Shown here: positions 26,210 to 38,832 of the stretch, one piece after another
Layout of the letters: each line of letters begins with the position of its first letter
How positions within the stretch are numbered: the stretch's first letter is position 1
Assembly: GCA_043228905.1 (NCBI GenBank)
Contig: JBHGNT010000014.1
Location: 20,212,001 to 20,276,000 of the forward strand
Length of the DNA: 64,000 nt
Direction: 5' to 3'
Source of the DNA: Azolla caroliniana
Taxonomy: Eukaryota > Plantae > Polypodiophyta
Translations under genes and position numbers: made by a program
Notes under the pieces: model-generated
Database searches by the model: none
What the model was told of the DNA's origin: nothing
What the model saw: the letters and a program-made list of their open reading frames with translations, nothing else

Positions 26210-26550
26210 GTTTTTTTTTCATAAGAAACTATCCCCCATTGGTATTAAAATTTAAGTGGCCAAAGGCAATATACAAGATAATCCAATATTACAACGAATA
26301 TTGTATAGCCATGCCGAATGAGTGTAGCCAATCTTTCTAGGTAAAGATAAATAATCTTTCTACCCAATCTTATTCATGTTTGGCATATCCAAGCATAATG
26401 TTTCATCCAGCAGCCCCTTTCTTTCAATCTCAACATACATCTCACATCCCTTCAGAATCTCCTTGCATTTTCAATGTCTTTGCACTTGTAATACATGTCT
26501 ATAAGATTATTGCCTTAGGTGTTAATATTTTGCTCACATTGACTTGCATG
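26210..26550 (-). pseudogene. PLS-class PPR-derived fragment ending in a LINE-like tail and poly(A)
   Basis: Minus translation GNNLIDMYYKCKDIENARRF (26514-26455), EIERKGLL and MLGYAKHE. Tail ATACCAATGGGGGATAGTTTCTTATG(A)9. Confidence 0.6.
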
Positions 26551-27506
26551 GAAAAAAAGTAAAAAAGTTCAAAAAGACAAACTAAAGCAGAAAAGTAACT
26601 TTTCCATGTACTCACATTTCTATCATGGTCACAATGTGGGTTCTCAATTCAACATTCATTAATATATTATTCTTGGACATTGAGTGTCACTCATGAACTC
26701 CACACACATTTACATGAAAATCTTGGGAAAGTGGTGGGTCTCTCTGAAGAGAAATCCAGGTAAACTTATATTGAGTTGTTGGATGTTTTCTTGTAAACAA
26801 TCTCAATCGGTGAGATATTCACACCCTAACTGATTTAACATAGTGAACCTCGGGAATTTGGAATGTCATGTGTAATGGCATTCCATCGATATGTAACAAA
26901 TCAGGAAGTGATTTCGAAGATAATGGGAAGGTTCTTTGTTATGTCAAGAATATGTGTCCAACACGGGAATTTAGGGTTTAGGGTTTACCTTAAGCGTCCT
27001 AGGTTTTCCATTAAACGGTTTAAGTAGAAAATCTCACTTCCTAGTTTTTTTCCCAAAAGAAATGAACTAAGTTAAATGATTTCATACCAGATCAAAGGAT
27101 TACTTGCTTTTTTGGAAATAAAAGAAGTTTACACCAACACATCCTTCTAAAACACATACCTTAGCCACACAAAATTGGATACCATGAGTTTACCTAAGAT
27201 TGCCATACTAAGAATAACAAAGACACAACATCTATAGCATGTAAGAAGTAGAAAAAATAGAATAGTTTTGGCAAAAAAGAAGAAATGATGAGCCAATTTC
27301 AATCTATGTTGCACATTATTTGTTGAATAAGGTTCACAAGAATGTTCTAGAATATGTATATTTGGGTGAATTTTACAGACACCAACAAACAAGTGTTGTG
27401 GTCTTCATTGTTAATGTGTCGATAAAACATGTCACGAGATTCTTAATATAGTGTGTGCCAATAGACATAATAATCATGGTGACATAGAAACATTGGGGGA
27501 ACCAGG

Positions 27507-28046
27507 TCAGTCGGAGAACCCGGTGATCCTCCACACAACATTTCGAACATTGGTGAGGACTCGGCCTTTGAGGGTTCGGCCGATGCCTTCCAACACTGAG
27601 AACATAATGGACCCGTGATCCATGAGCACCACCTAGTAAGCCCTTGCAATGTGTCAAGGCGGGTGCCGAAGAGGGGGCATCAGTTGTTTCCATGACTGCG
27701 ACACTAGCACCTCACTCGCCGATCCCATGATGTCTTTGCTTGGGGGTGAGCCGTGCCAAGATAGGGGACAAATTTGGTCATTGGCTTATCTTGATCTATG
27801 CCATGCGGCACATGCCCATTGGCTTTTGTTGGGTTCCTTCTTGTGTGGTGATTGTGAATTGAAGGGCTCTTGTTGGGTGTGATTATGGATGTTGATTGAC
27901 CCATTGGATTGGTGCTCATCATTATGGGCACCCATCAAAATCGCCCACACATCTTCTTCTAATAGATCACCCTCTTGTCCATCTTCCTTTGAAGGAAACA
28001 AAGGGTGCCCATTTGATCTTGAAGTGACCACTACCATCATCATCAT
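27507..28046 (-). pseudogene. Senescence regulator S40 (DUF584) pseudogene, intronless, three in-frame stops
   Basis: A single frame runs from EEDVW to [31 protein letters not shown]. Stops are TAA 27786-88, TGA 27654-56 and TAG 27633-35. TATA-like TATATAAA at about 28095-28102. Confidence 0.85.
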
Positions 28047-31000
28047 CAACAACAACAACAACAACAAATGCTTCTATTGCACACACTCCTTTCCTTTATA
28101 TACTCCTTTTTTAATGTATCTACTTTTGGTCATTATTCTTGCCTTCCCACTTAATTCATCTTTGTTGATAAGACCCCGAAACAAAACAAAGAAACACCGA
28201 AGATTCCCACGGTTTGGCTCCCCTACACAGAGAAGAACTCAATCTCTTTCACACCACTTAGAGATACACATGTTTTTTAAGTTACAAACATACATAGGTC
28301 CCACAATCCCCAAACTCATTTACACACTCTCATGCAAACTTGATTCATCATTCAATGTCGAAAAATCCATCGAGATGCCATGAGGTCTTTGTCCTGTGTT
28401 TAATGGGGTTACCGTTTCGTGTCTCATGTCTATTCGGGGATCGTACATAGAATCTTTCGAGGGATATCAAACTTCACGAAGGATCTTGTTCTACCTAGCA
28501 AAAATCTTGTGTTTCCTTCTAACTTCAATAAAGAGAATCTGATCCATGTTGGCAAATGGCTAAGATTTCATGTCTCATGAGATCGAGTCTTGAATGTGTG
28601 TTATAGGATCTCAAACCTCATGAAGGGATCCAATCTCTATCGGCATCACCTAGCAAAAACCCATATGCTTCTTCTCTTAAAAGATCCATTTCATGTTTGT
28701 GAAGGGCTAATGCACACCATGTCGCCTGGGATCAAGGAATTAACTCTCATGCCAAGCATAGAATCAACTCTCTCATTAATCCATGTTATTGAGCATATTC
28801 ATATACCTTATCTCACTTTTGTCAAGATTTGAATTTTAATCAATCACATGAACATCTTTATAACCCATGCTATTTAACAACATCAATGTGTCTCCCTTTA
28901 AATTCAATTAAGGGATTGAGTTTTGTTTCAATCATAGGCTCCCTTAATCATATCCTCACATAGTGCCATGATACCATGTAACTATAGTTAAACGATCCAA
29001 TTTGACACTTGAAAATGGCATATTGTAAGAGCAAGTTTAGATGTCATTTAAATTCCAAGTAAAAATAATTAAAAATGTCAAATTCTAGAAGGACCCAACT
29101 CTTGTGAGTCATCAATGAAACAAAACCTCTTTAATTGATCATCCACAAGTTTTTTGAAAGCAAGATAGAGTTTAAGACATATGTGTAAATATGTATCAAT
29201 AGTAATGAGAACGATAACTAACAAAGTCTTCTAAAAGTTGTAAAAACCATGGCAAAGATATCAACTAGTTTATGAATCTTCTAAATAACTTTTAGAAGAA
29301 ACCTCACCATAAAAAACCCTATGCATCTCATTTTCCTCTAACAAACTGATGGACCGAGGTATTTGATTCTTCATAATGTAAACATGATCACTCATTCCAC
29401 TATTGCTCAATGCAGTATTCGCTATACTGAAATCATCATTTCGGAAGTCATGACTGATTGGATAATATGTATATATTGCTTGTGAACAAGTGCTCGAATC
29501 CCCACCAAATAGATTTGGTCATCTATTGTACTATAACCTCATGTGCATTCATCAAGGAAACACTATCAATAATTGAATCACAAACATAATGCTTGCATGT
29601 AAGTCCATTTTTTGTATTACTTGTGCATTAGATTTGGTTGATGAACCACACAACACATGGCATATAATAGATTATATTCTTCAAATTTATAAATAATAAA
29701 TGGATGGGAAACAATATTCTACATAGTTTTCTCGTAAATCTCAATGTGTGATATTTGCACTAGTAAATAGTCCTTTTAGAGGGAGTGAGACCAAACACAA
29801 TCTATGGGATATGGTATTGTTTTTAATCATTATGAACACAAGAAGATTTAGCATTTGTTGTCCAATTATTGATGTATCACTAATGGGTTTGCTTGAGGAT
29901 AACAACTAATTGAATGAGGAAAATGTGTGACAAGAGGGAGTGGGGCTTGATATACTTGACATGAATATCATACCACACCTTGTCAGTGATGTCATTCACA
30001 TGTGTTTCCTTTTTTCTTGAAGACATTGTTAAAAATAGGACATATCCATTGAAATTCCTTATATTTTCTTTCTACCAATTAGGAAGTGCTTTATTGTTGG
30101 TTCTTTACAATACAAACACATTGCTTTGTCTTTTATTCATTGTAAAAGCATATTATATTGGTCATTTGGATTGATTATTTGATAAAGATGCTATTCTAAC
30201 GTAATTTGGTTCACATGACGTTTGAAAACAACACCCACAGGATCCTTATCCTCCTTGTAGACAACATGAGATGCAAGAAGACATTTGAGTAAACGCTAAT
30301 TCACTAACCTCTTTCGGGTATTTTGATGGGTGGTGTCTAATAGAGATTGTTTTTTGGGGACTTGGAGACGGAGATATTCTTAATCAAGATACACCAAAGT
30401 ACAACTCACAACATTGACAATGAAAGGTCCACAACAACGTAGAAGCGCATTATCTCCTCATAGGGGCTTCTCCATAGCTGGTATACACGATGCAATATTC
30501 TAATCTAGAGGGTGTTTGTATATTAGATATACATATGAGATAACCTAATAGTGTGGACATTCAAGTGATTAGAAAATATTGCTCCTTTTGGGTCATTGAC
30601 TGAGGTTTCTCATATTATATCTAGAAAATTCACGCCCCAAAATCTTTTGCCTAAATGTTTTCTAAAACCAATAGCCACTAATGTCGCATTTAGTCTTGGG
30701 CTTCTAACATTTGCACTTGATGTGGTCAATTATCACTTTCTAAGATTGTTGTGATTACATTAGACAAGTAAACTAACCAATAAATAACCATGATTCTAAA
30801 TTATAAGGAGGTGACTCAAAGCTACCTATATCTCTCCAAAGTCGTCATTATGTGTACACTATTTTGGAGATTTTGAATTCATACCAAATGTCACTTCTAT
30901 GGATGTGATGATGTCTAACATTTACCATTCTATCCTTTAAAATATGTAATTAAAAACTTGTACATGTCACATGACTCATTCAAGTCTACTAATGTGTTAA

Positions 31001-32339
31001 GGTAGTTGGCCATAAAAACATTTGCTTTCACAACCATATGCTGAAAATCCATTAAGTTATCATATTGTCAACTATGAATCAAATTTCAATTCATAAAAAG
31101 CTGTTTATCATGGTTTGCAAGAGTGCCATACATATAAAGGTATGTGCATAGTCAAGTTTATAACTAATCAATTCTACAAATATGTCAACATATCAAGCCT
31201 CAGAATTTTGTTTTGGGTATTGATGCTTTCATCTTTACAGTTTTCAGATAATTACCAACCAATGTAGAGATAGATTTAATTATCATCCTCTTGGTGAAGT
31301 CTGACATATGGGACCAAAAATGAAACTTTTTTACACTTTGTGTGGAATCGAGTAGTGACTCTCAATGTTCAAGAATTTAACTAGTAAAAGTTATAATCAA
31401 GAGTGCATATTGTGATCAAGAGAGTATTTACATGTGTATAGGTATAATACGGTATGCAATTCATTAATAAATAACAGTTATAGTAGTTTTGCTGATTGCT
31501 ATGGCAATATTGACCCAAGTGTGAAAAACGCAATGTCAATAGAGATAACAAAAAAAGCAATTAAAAGCTAGACATGTAGCCAACTCCAAGCATTTAAGCA
31601 AAAGGAAAGCTTAAAATTCGGAAAATGGCCAGCATTTCCTTCAATGTGAGAAATTTCAATTTCCCATAGTAATCGGGGTGAGAGAACCCTAAATTAGCCC
31701 TTACAACTTTTCCTTCATTTCCCAAACTGCCCTCGAGTTTCTTTCATGATTTCCCTAGCTCCTTGGCAAAAAAGAATGCCTATATTTGCTCACATAGCAT
31801 GTGCAATCGAGAAAAAGAGAATGAATTTACAACATCTCAATGCTTTTTTCCATCAGGTTTCACTAAAGCCATCTCGGAAATAATCATCACTCAAGAGATA
31901 TGTGGAAAATAAACCGATAAACAAGGGGGGGGTAGGGTTGGAGATTTCCACTAATAACCAATTTCCAGGCACTGACAAGTAGCTGGTTTGTTTATATTAA
32001 ACTTCTAAGCAAGGAGCCATGAGTGGCCAAGAGAGTGCTTACAAATTAGCTCAATGTCTCCAATTATTTATGAGCTTTTCTATATGGCGTCCGGGCCAGA
32101 CCGGACCAGATTGAAGAGCATGACCTGTTTTGGGGTAGGGAGGGATCCCAAACACCTTTCATGGTGTTTGTTTCCATTTTGCATGTAGCCTGGGAATGGG
32201 GGTTGCCCATATCAACTCAAATGTACAGAGGCACAATTAAGTATATATTCAAATCCTCGAGCTTGGCCTAGTGGGTTGTGCCAATGCTTGGGAAGCCATA
32301 TGTCACGAGTCCTGCTCTTGGCCCCCACTCCAGAAATGA

Positions 32340-32616
32340 GAGCTTTGGTATGTTAAATAATGGTTAGTAACCAAGAGGGCATATCAACGTGACAACCGAA
32401 CTCGGGTGCCGAGAATGATGCTAAGTCTTGGCATGTTCGGAGCTACTACTAGTTTGCTAGTAACCAAGAGGGCATGTCAATGTGGCAATCGAACTTTGGT
32501 ATATGTTAAATAATTGTTAGTAACCAAGAGGGCATGTCGATGTAACAACCGAACTCGGGTGCCGAGAGTCATGGTGAGTCTTGCCATTTTCGGAGCTATT
32601 ACTAGCTTGCTGTAAC
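32340..32616. repeat. Tandem duplication of the ARF C-terminal codons and stop into the 3' UTR
   Basis: tagtaaccaagagggcat...aaccgaactcgggtgccgaga is repeated. The motif tagtaaccaagagggcat occurs three times. Confidence 0.85.
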
Positions 32617-35600
32617 CCTACTCCATCTTGCATTTGGAAGGCTTCTGAAGGAGACAATATCTTAATCCACCGCACGTTGTTCACGAAAACCCTGCCCAAC
32701 ATACAAACCAGATCAAAAAATTCAGCCCTGAAACATATGAGAGTCCTGGAAAAAAGAAGATATTATTACATTACTCCCAGAGGTTTTGGATATCTAACAT
32801 GATACCCCTAAGTTTTCTACCACTACTGGAATATCTGAACCGTAGGGGTGTTTTAGGGGGTGAGTTTTCCCATTGAAAACAACTAGGTGTGGACTATAAT
32901 TTATCATACAAATTTCAAACACACCCACTTACTCCCAAGGATCATCACCAAGCAAAAGCCAATCATTCTCCTTGTCCACAAAAATGAGCTGCCATCCAGA
33001 CTTTGTATCCTCGAGCTGCCCTTCGAGTCCAAACAGTTTTCCAAGCTCCGAACGGAGCTCCTCATAATTCTCAAACCGACTGATATCTAGTGATCGACCA
33101 ACACATCCCGTTTTATAAACCTGAATTGTGTCCATAACAACAATATATATTTTAGTGAAGGCCCCTTACTGCGAGTCTCTCTTTAGATGATGCATAGATT
33201 TAGTTCCGAAAGAGTCCATTTAAAAAGCTTCTTTATGATAGATAGATATATATTTTAAAAAGGTAGAAAAAGCAAAGCTTATAACACCTTTGTATAGGTC
33301 CTCACAGGAGCATTGGCAGAAGTGAGGGCTTCAATTACGTGAGGATCATTCAGAGCTGCACTGTTATACATGTTTGAATCAAAGGGTAGCTCTATGCTCA
33401 ACACTGATGATTGGTTTGGTATCATAACATTTTGGAATTCATCAGTATGAGACATCAAGGGAGGGGATGGTAATGAAGAAGGCGTCATCATGGGTTGCTG
33501 TAGTGGAACATTTCCTCCAAATGAGGATTGCATTCTACATTTTATGTTCATGTCATCTTGTTCTTGAGGGAAGTCCTTGTAACAATATAATGAATTTGGA
33601 TGCACTGTCCCTGACAATAAAGGGTCGGGATTGGAGAAGGGCCTTGTTCTGGTATCATTAATCACTTGTGTTTGTTGTCCACTTGAGCAATGGTTAGAGA
33701 TAGTTGGGGTTGTGATTGTGGAAGTGGAATCATGTAAAGGCACATCCCGCCCATGTACGGATACAGTCCCAGAATCATACCCATGTAAAGATGGGCTTGT
33801 ATCTGACACAAAACCGCTGAAGATTGATTGAAATGTTTGTTGTAAGGCAGGACTATGGAAATTTGAAAGTATTTGCTTTTGTATTGGTGATGATTGTTTA
33901 TTAGGATGCATCTGATGCTGAAATGTAGGTGACGAGGTGGGTTGCTGCAGCTGCAGCTGCTGAGGTGGCAGTTGTTGATGTGGCAGTTTTTGCTGCTGCT
34001 GATGTGACAGTTGTTTCTGCTGATGTAGCAGTTGTTTCTGTTGGTGATCTGGCAGTTGTTGATTTGGCAGTTGTTGGAGTTGTGGGTGCTGCTGGTATGG
34101 TTGATGTGGCAGCTGCTGATGTGACATAGGCTGTGGCTGAAGTAAGAGGGTTTGCTGTGGTAATTGATGTGGGAGAAGGAGAAATTGTGATTGTTGCGCA
34201 GCCTGCGTCATATACATCATCATTTGATCAGCTTGTAAAAGAGGATTTTGCTGTTGAGAGGTTTCCTGTTTTGAAGGGAGGTTTTCTTGTGATGCACCGT
34301 ACACAGACCACAATGGAGGCCCATTCACACCCATCCCTTGGGGGATTGTGCCATTACACCCATTGCTCCCATTTGGAAGTTGCATCCACATCGCTCGCTT
34401 CTTCAAGCTATCGATTTCGAGATCTTAGAAAACATATAGCAATCCATCCATGGATGGATTGTAAGCAAAGGTTCAGGAAAAGTGTATACCCAAATGTTGA
34501 ATAGTTTGTATGCCAAAATGAAAAACATTTTTCATATTTACCATTCGAAAAAGTGGCTCCCATTGGTTGTGGCCAAGAATGTTTCAACTTCCAATCGGGT
34601 GCTGGTGGATATACAAGAAATGTTGTGAGCGGTTCAATTTCCCACAATGAAACTCGTTGATGCCGCTCACTAATCGTCGTTTCATCCCACCCTACCTGAA
34701 GGAAAAAACAAGGATTTTCAAATACCATGTTTTCTATTTAATGCATTGATTGTGGGTGTATATATATATATATATCTTGCCTTGATAGACCGCCATTGTG
34801 ATTTTGGCCATCGAACAGGATCAAGATCACTAATACCGGTGATCGTCCCCAAATGCCTATAAATACAACAACACTATAACTAACCGCAACGAGTCATTTA
34901 AGATTTTCCCCAAATATTAATCTTTCAATTTTGTTGAAAGACTCACAACTCACCTTCGGACACTGGACTCATCTGTCTCAAATAGCATCCGGAAACGCAT
35001 GCCCACTGAAACCCTCATGTGATATACTGCTTTCTCAAACTTGGCATAGGGTATTACAAATTCTGAAGGACTTGCTCTGCATGAATGAGGATGGAGAAAG
35101 TTAAGATACCAAAAACTACCAATTAATGTCTCATATCTCCATTAATGTGTTCTTGCCTTGGTTTATAAAATACTGTGAAACGGCTGTTGGTATTTGTAGC
35201 ATGTGCAGCTGCAGCAAGTACCCCTATATGCATACTCTCACTTGATAAAACTGATGAGGAAAGTAATGACTGAGGCCTGGTTGCTCGACGAATTCCTAGT
35301 AGCAGCTCATCTTTCTCATTCCTATACAGTCAAAAGATAATGTGATAGGTACCAATGAAACACTGATGTATTATATCCTAAATATCAATCTCTCTATCCA
35401 TAAATAAGATGGAATCGTGGATTTTTGCGATTGTATAACCAAGACCGCAATATCTATCATAGGAAACAGTACTAGCATACCTGATTCCTGGTAGTATGTC
35501 GTTGGTCTCATTCAGGGATACCCAAAAAGATAATACAATAACTACAAATAAGATATAATGTATATATGCTAAGGACAGATCTCTCGATTCATTAATGGGA

Positions 35601-38085
35601 TGGAATCTTAAACGTATGTATTTATATAAATAAGAGAAAAATGTCTATCAAAAGTTCATCAGGGAGTACAAAGCTATTGTTTTCAGCCCCTATTTTTTAA
35701 ATAGTGGAAAATGAATTTGTTAATCCAGTTTTAGACTATTACACTATTGAAAATGATTTCATTGGGCTATCTCTTTAGGTCAAATGGATTAGTAAGCATG
35801 ATCTTCAAACTAGAAATATGAAGAATTTAATGCAACATTGAACCTTGGGTTGTCCCAAGTAAACCGATAAATGCATTTTCTTTAAAAGGAAAAACGTTAG
35901 TGTCCATAATTTCAAACAAAAATCATAAGAAGTTTTATAATGAATGCAACATCAGACTACTGCTTGGAGACGTGGAACTAAATCCTTAAGATCGCAAAGG
36001 ACAAGATTTACCATTGGACCATAGTATATCTATATATACAGTATATACCTGATAAAAAGAACAGAATCTCCTGCAGTAAGTCTCTTGGCACTCACAAAGA
36101 TGCTCCAACCCGTCGTCAATAGATGTCTTTTGGGCTGGCCTAGTGCACGATAAGCATCAAAGTTAAGATGTGAATCTTTATCCATCAAGTGAGATCCCAA
36201 AGCAAATAAGATGAGATTTCAGCAACCTCATGATCAGTCATCAAATTTACCTCGATAAATATGCCGGAACTTCCACTCGGTCTCATGCAGATCACGAGCA
36301 ATGAGCTCTTGTGCAGGTGGTTGTTGTGAAAAGTTCTAAAAAAATATGAAGGTTTGCATTTTCTCATATGTCCAAAAACAAATCTGCATTCCAAATCATC
36401 AAAGGATTGGGTTTATGAAAAGCCATCTCTTACAAGTGGTGGGAAAACTTTCTCAGCAGCACGGCGTGGTATCGAGAAACCACCATGAGTACTTGTATCA
36501 CTTGCTGTGAGTGTCTTACAAAAGAAAACGTTTGGCTGCCTACTTTGGGATCCTATTTCTGGCACAAAAGCGTCTTTCTCTTGCTAAAAAATCCAACACA
36601 AATACAATACATGTTAACACAGCTATCCTATGCATAAGGGGTGATAGCAGCTGTTACCTCTTGTAGTTTCAAAAATATCAATATAAAACCCTAAATAATA
36701 AAAAGTAATAAGTTCCTTTTGTTGCATATCAGCATTTATACACATATTGCTTCATAATACAAACTTTCTTGGAAGAATTTAGGTCACAAAAAATATTGCA
36801 CGGACATACCCCAGTTATAGGTTGGAGGGTCATTTGGCAATAGACTTCATCAGTTTCCATGTCAGCCTATCGGAACAAAAACGAAAAATGTAAAAGTGAA
36901 GACAAAACTTAATGGAAAACAATATTTCCCACATGAAAATTCCATAGAATGTAATTTAAGGTGTTCAGTTGAAAGGCCATATTATACATGTAGAATGACA
37001 TCATGAAGTTGGCAAAGAAGCTGAGAAGGAAGGTTAGGATAAGCTGGAATTTGTGCATCTATCTCCTTTTGGGTAGATGCAGCCACCTGTAAAACATACA
37101 CGCGCATGACAAGAAAAAACCATGGTCATATACAGAAAGATTGTTAGGAAGTGCTAATACACGAGTGACAAGAAATATATGTCCATATCTTCATTAAGGA
37201 TTTAATGACATTTAAAATGTGCATCCTCAGCAAAGATTTAATTGAAAAATATGTGTGTGCATCTTGAAGCACGTGTTAAGGGATGCTTTTAATGACAATG
37301 TGCACTCTTAAAGAACACCCCTTAACCTAACGATTTGATATGAAATATATGTGCATTTTAAGAATATCCCAGGCATGGATCTATTCTGAAAATCTTTGTG
37401 CATCTTAAGCACACATTAAGAAAGGATTTTAATGAAATGTGTGCATTTAAAAGACATCCAAAGTGAGGATTTAATGGAATGTACGCATCTTAAGTAATGG
37501 CGTAAAGAAATAGGTGCATCTTAGTCTAAGTTTTAATGAAAACACATACATTCGAAGCAAGGATTAAATGAAACGCGTGCATCTTGAATTAATGAAATAT
37601 GTGCAGCTTAAACACATTTTAACACCAGGAGTGAATGAAATATGTGCATCTTAAGCAATGATTTAATGAAATTGACTGGAGCAAAAATTGTTAAAATACT
37701 ATACTTGCTCAATATGTCCTTGAGGTAGATACAAAACTCTACTTCCTACAGCAGGTAATGACACGAGCGGCCCGGCACATGCATGCCACAGCTCCGCATT
37801 CAATTCAAGGCTCTTTGTTTCACCTGAAATGAAGTTAAAACAAAATCCCAAATGTCAGAGGATTAACTCATAAAATAAGCTATACACAATTGGTATGGAA
37901 TTCTAATTTCCTAAATACAAAGAATGTCATATTTCCACAACCAGTGAGAATATAACTAAAGTAAACAGGGGGCACTTTGAGACAGAGAGAGCGAGAGAGA
38001 TGTATTTATGTATTTGTTTATGCATACCTTCAGGAGGGATGGCCATTGCTGCGGTATTGGGGAGTCTCATCTGAGAAGAATTCAT
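32517..38085 (-). CDS. ARF: Class-A (activator, ARF6/8-like) auxin response factor, about 891 aa: B3 DBD, Q-rich middle region, PB1
   Basis: 14 exons: 38028-38085, 37705-37823, 36988-37086, 36810-36866, 36434-36583, 36251-36335, 36049-36139, 35157-35321, 34954-35076, 34781-34856, 34542-34695, 33288-34423, 32933-33120, 32517-32691 (2676 nt, in frame). Motifs [64 protein letters not shown]. The start could instead be the ATG at 38070. Confidence 0.95.
37170..37670. repeat. Degenerate tandem repeat (about 35-45 bp x about 12) filling ARF intron 2
   Basis: Recurrent gtgcatcttaag...gatttaatgaaa(t)at. Confidence 0.75.
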
Positions 38086-38377
38086 GAAGGACTCAGGATG
38101 GTTGTTTCCAAGACAGATAGTTTCTTCTTGTTTTTTGAAAAAGCAAAATTTTTGAGAAATGGCTATGGATTGGGGGGGGGGGAAGAAAGCTGGGAAGATA
38201 GTGTTGCACTCAAAAAAAGAATACCATAGAGAGAGAGAGAGAGAGAGTTGAAATTTGGGTTTAGATATACAATTGAAGATAAATGAATAGAGAATGATAT
38301 ATGTACATATTGAGAAGGGGAAGGGCAAGGGCAAGGGAAGAGTCTAGATAGAGTCTATAGGGTTAAATTGATGACCT

Positions 38378-38463
38378 CCCCTGTTTTTCACATTGGTTTT
38401 TTCCATAAAGCAAAAGTATAAGTCACTCATCAGTTGCATCAGTACTTACTTACTTTGTTGATT

Positions 38464-38537
<74 letters not shown>

Positions 38538-38709
38538 CCCTGTTTTCCACATTGGTTTTACCCATAAAGCAAAAGAAGAACTCTACTTACTTACTTGTTT
38601 GATTGGCTGGGGAAGGCTCTCTCTGTCTCTCTCTCTCTCTCTTACTTACTTACTTTGTTGATTGGCTGGGGAAGGCTCTATCTCTCTCTTCCATCATCAT
38701 TACATACCT

Positions 38710-38744
<35 letters not shown>

Positions 38745-38832
38745 TTACTTTGTTGATTGGCTGGGGAATGCTCTATCTCTCTCTTCCATCATCATTACAT
38801 ACCTCATCCCCTCTCTCTCTCTCTCTCTCCCT
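38378..38832 (-). promoter_or_regulatory. ARF upstream region: duplicated modules with CCAAT boxes and (GA)n tracts
   Basis: gattggct (AGCCAATC on minus) at 38460, 38601, 38660 and 38755, each preceded by ttacttact. Long (CT)n at 38467-38534. Duplicated cccctgtttt.cacattggtttt block. Confidence 0.5.

Noticed and set aside
32258-32330. tRNA-like segment with A-box TGGCCTAGTGG (similar weak A/B boxes at about 22450 and 39550-39720)
   Set aside because: No good B-box or cloverleaf. At most SINE relics, and not supportable as tRNA genes.
32984-33006. miR167 site at the ARF6/8-equivalent GWQL position
   Set aside because: The sequence AAAGUCUGGAUGGCAGCUCAU matches only the core UGGCAGCU. Too many mismatches to call a target.
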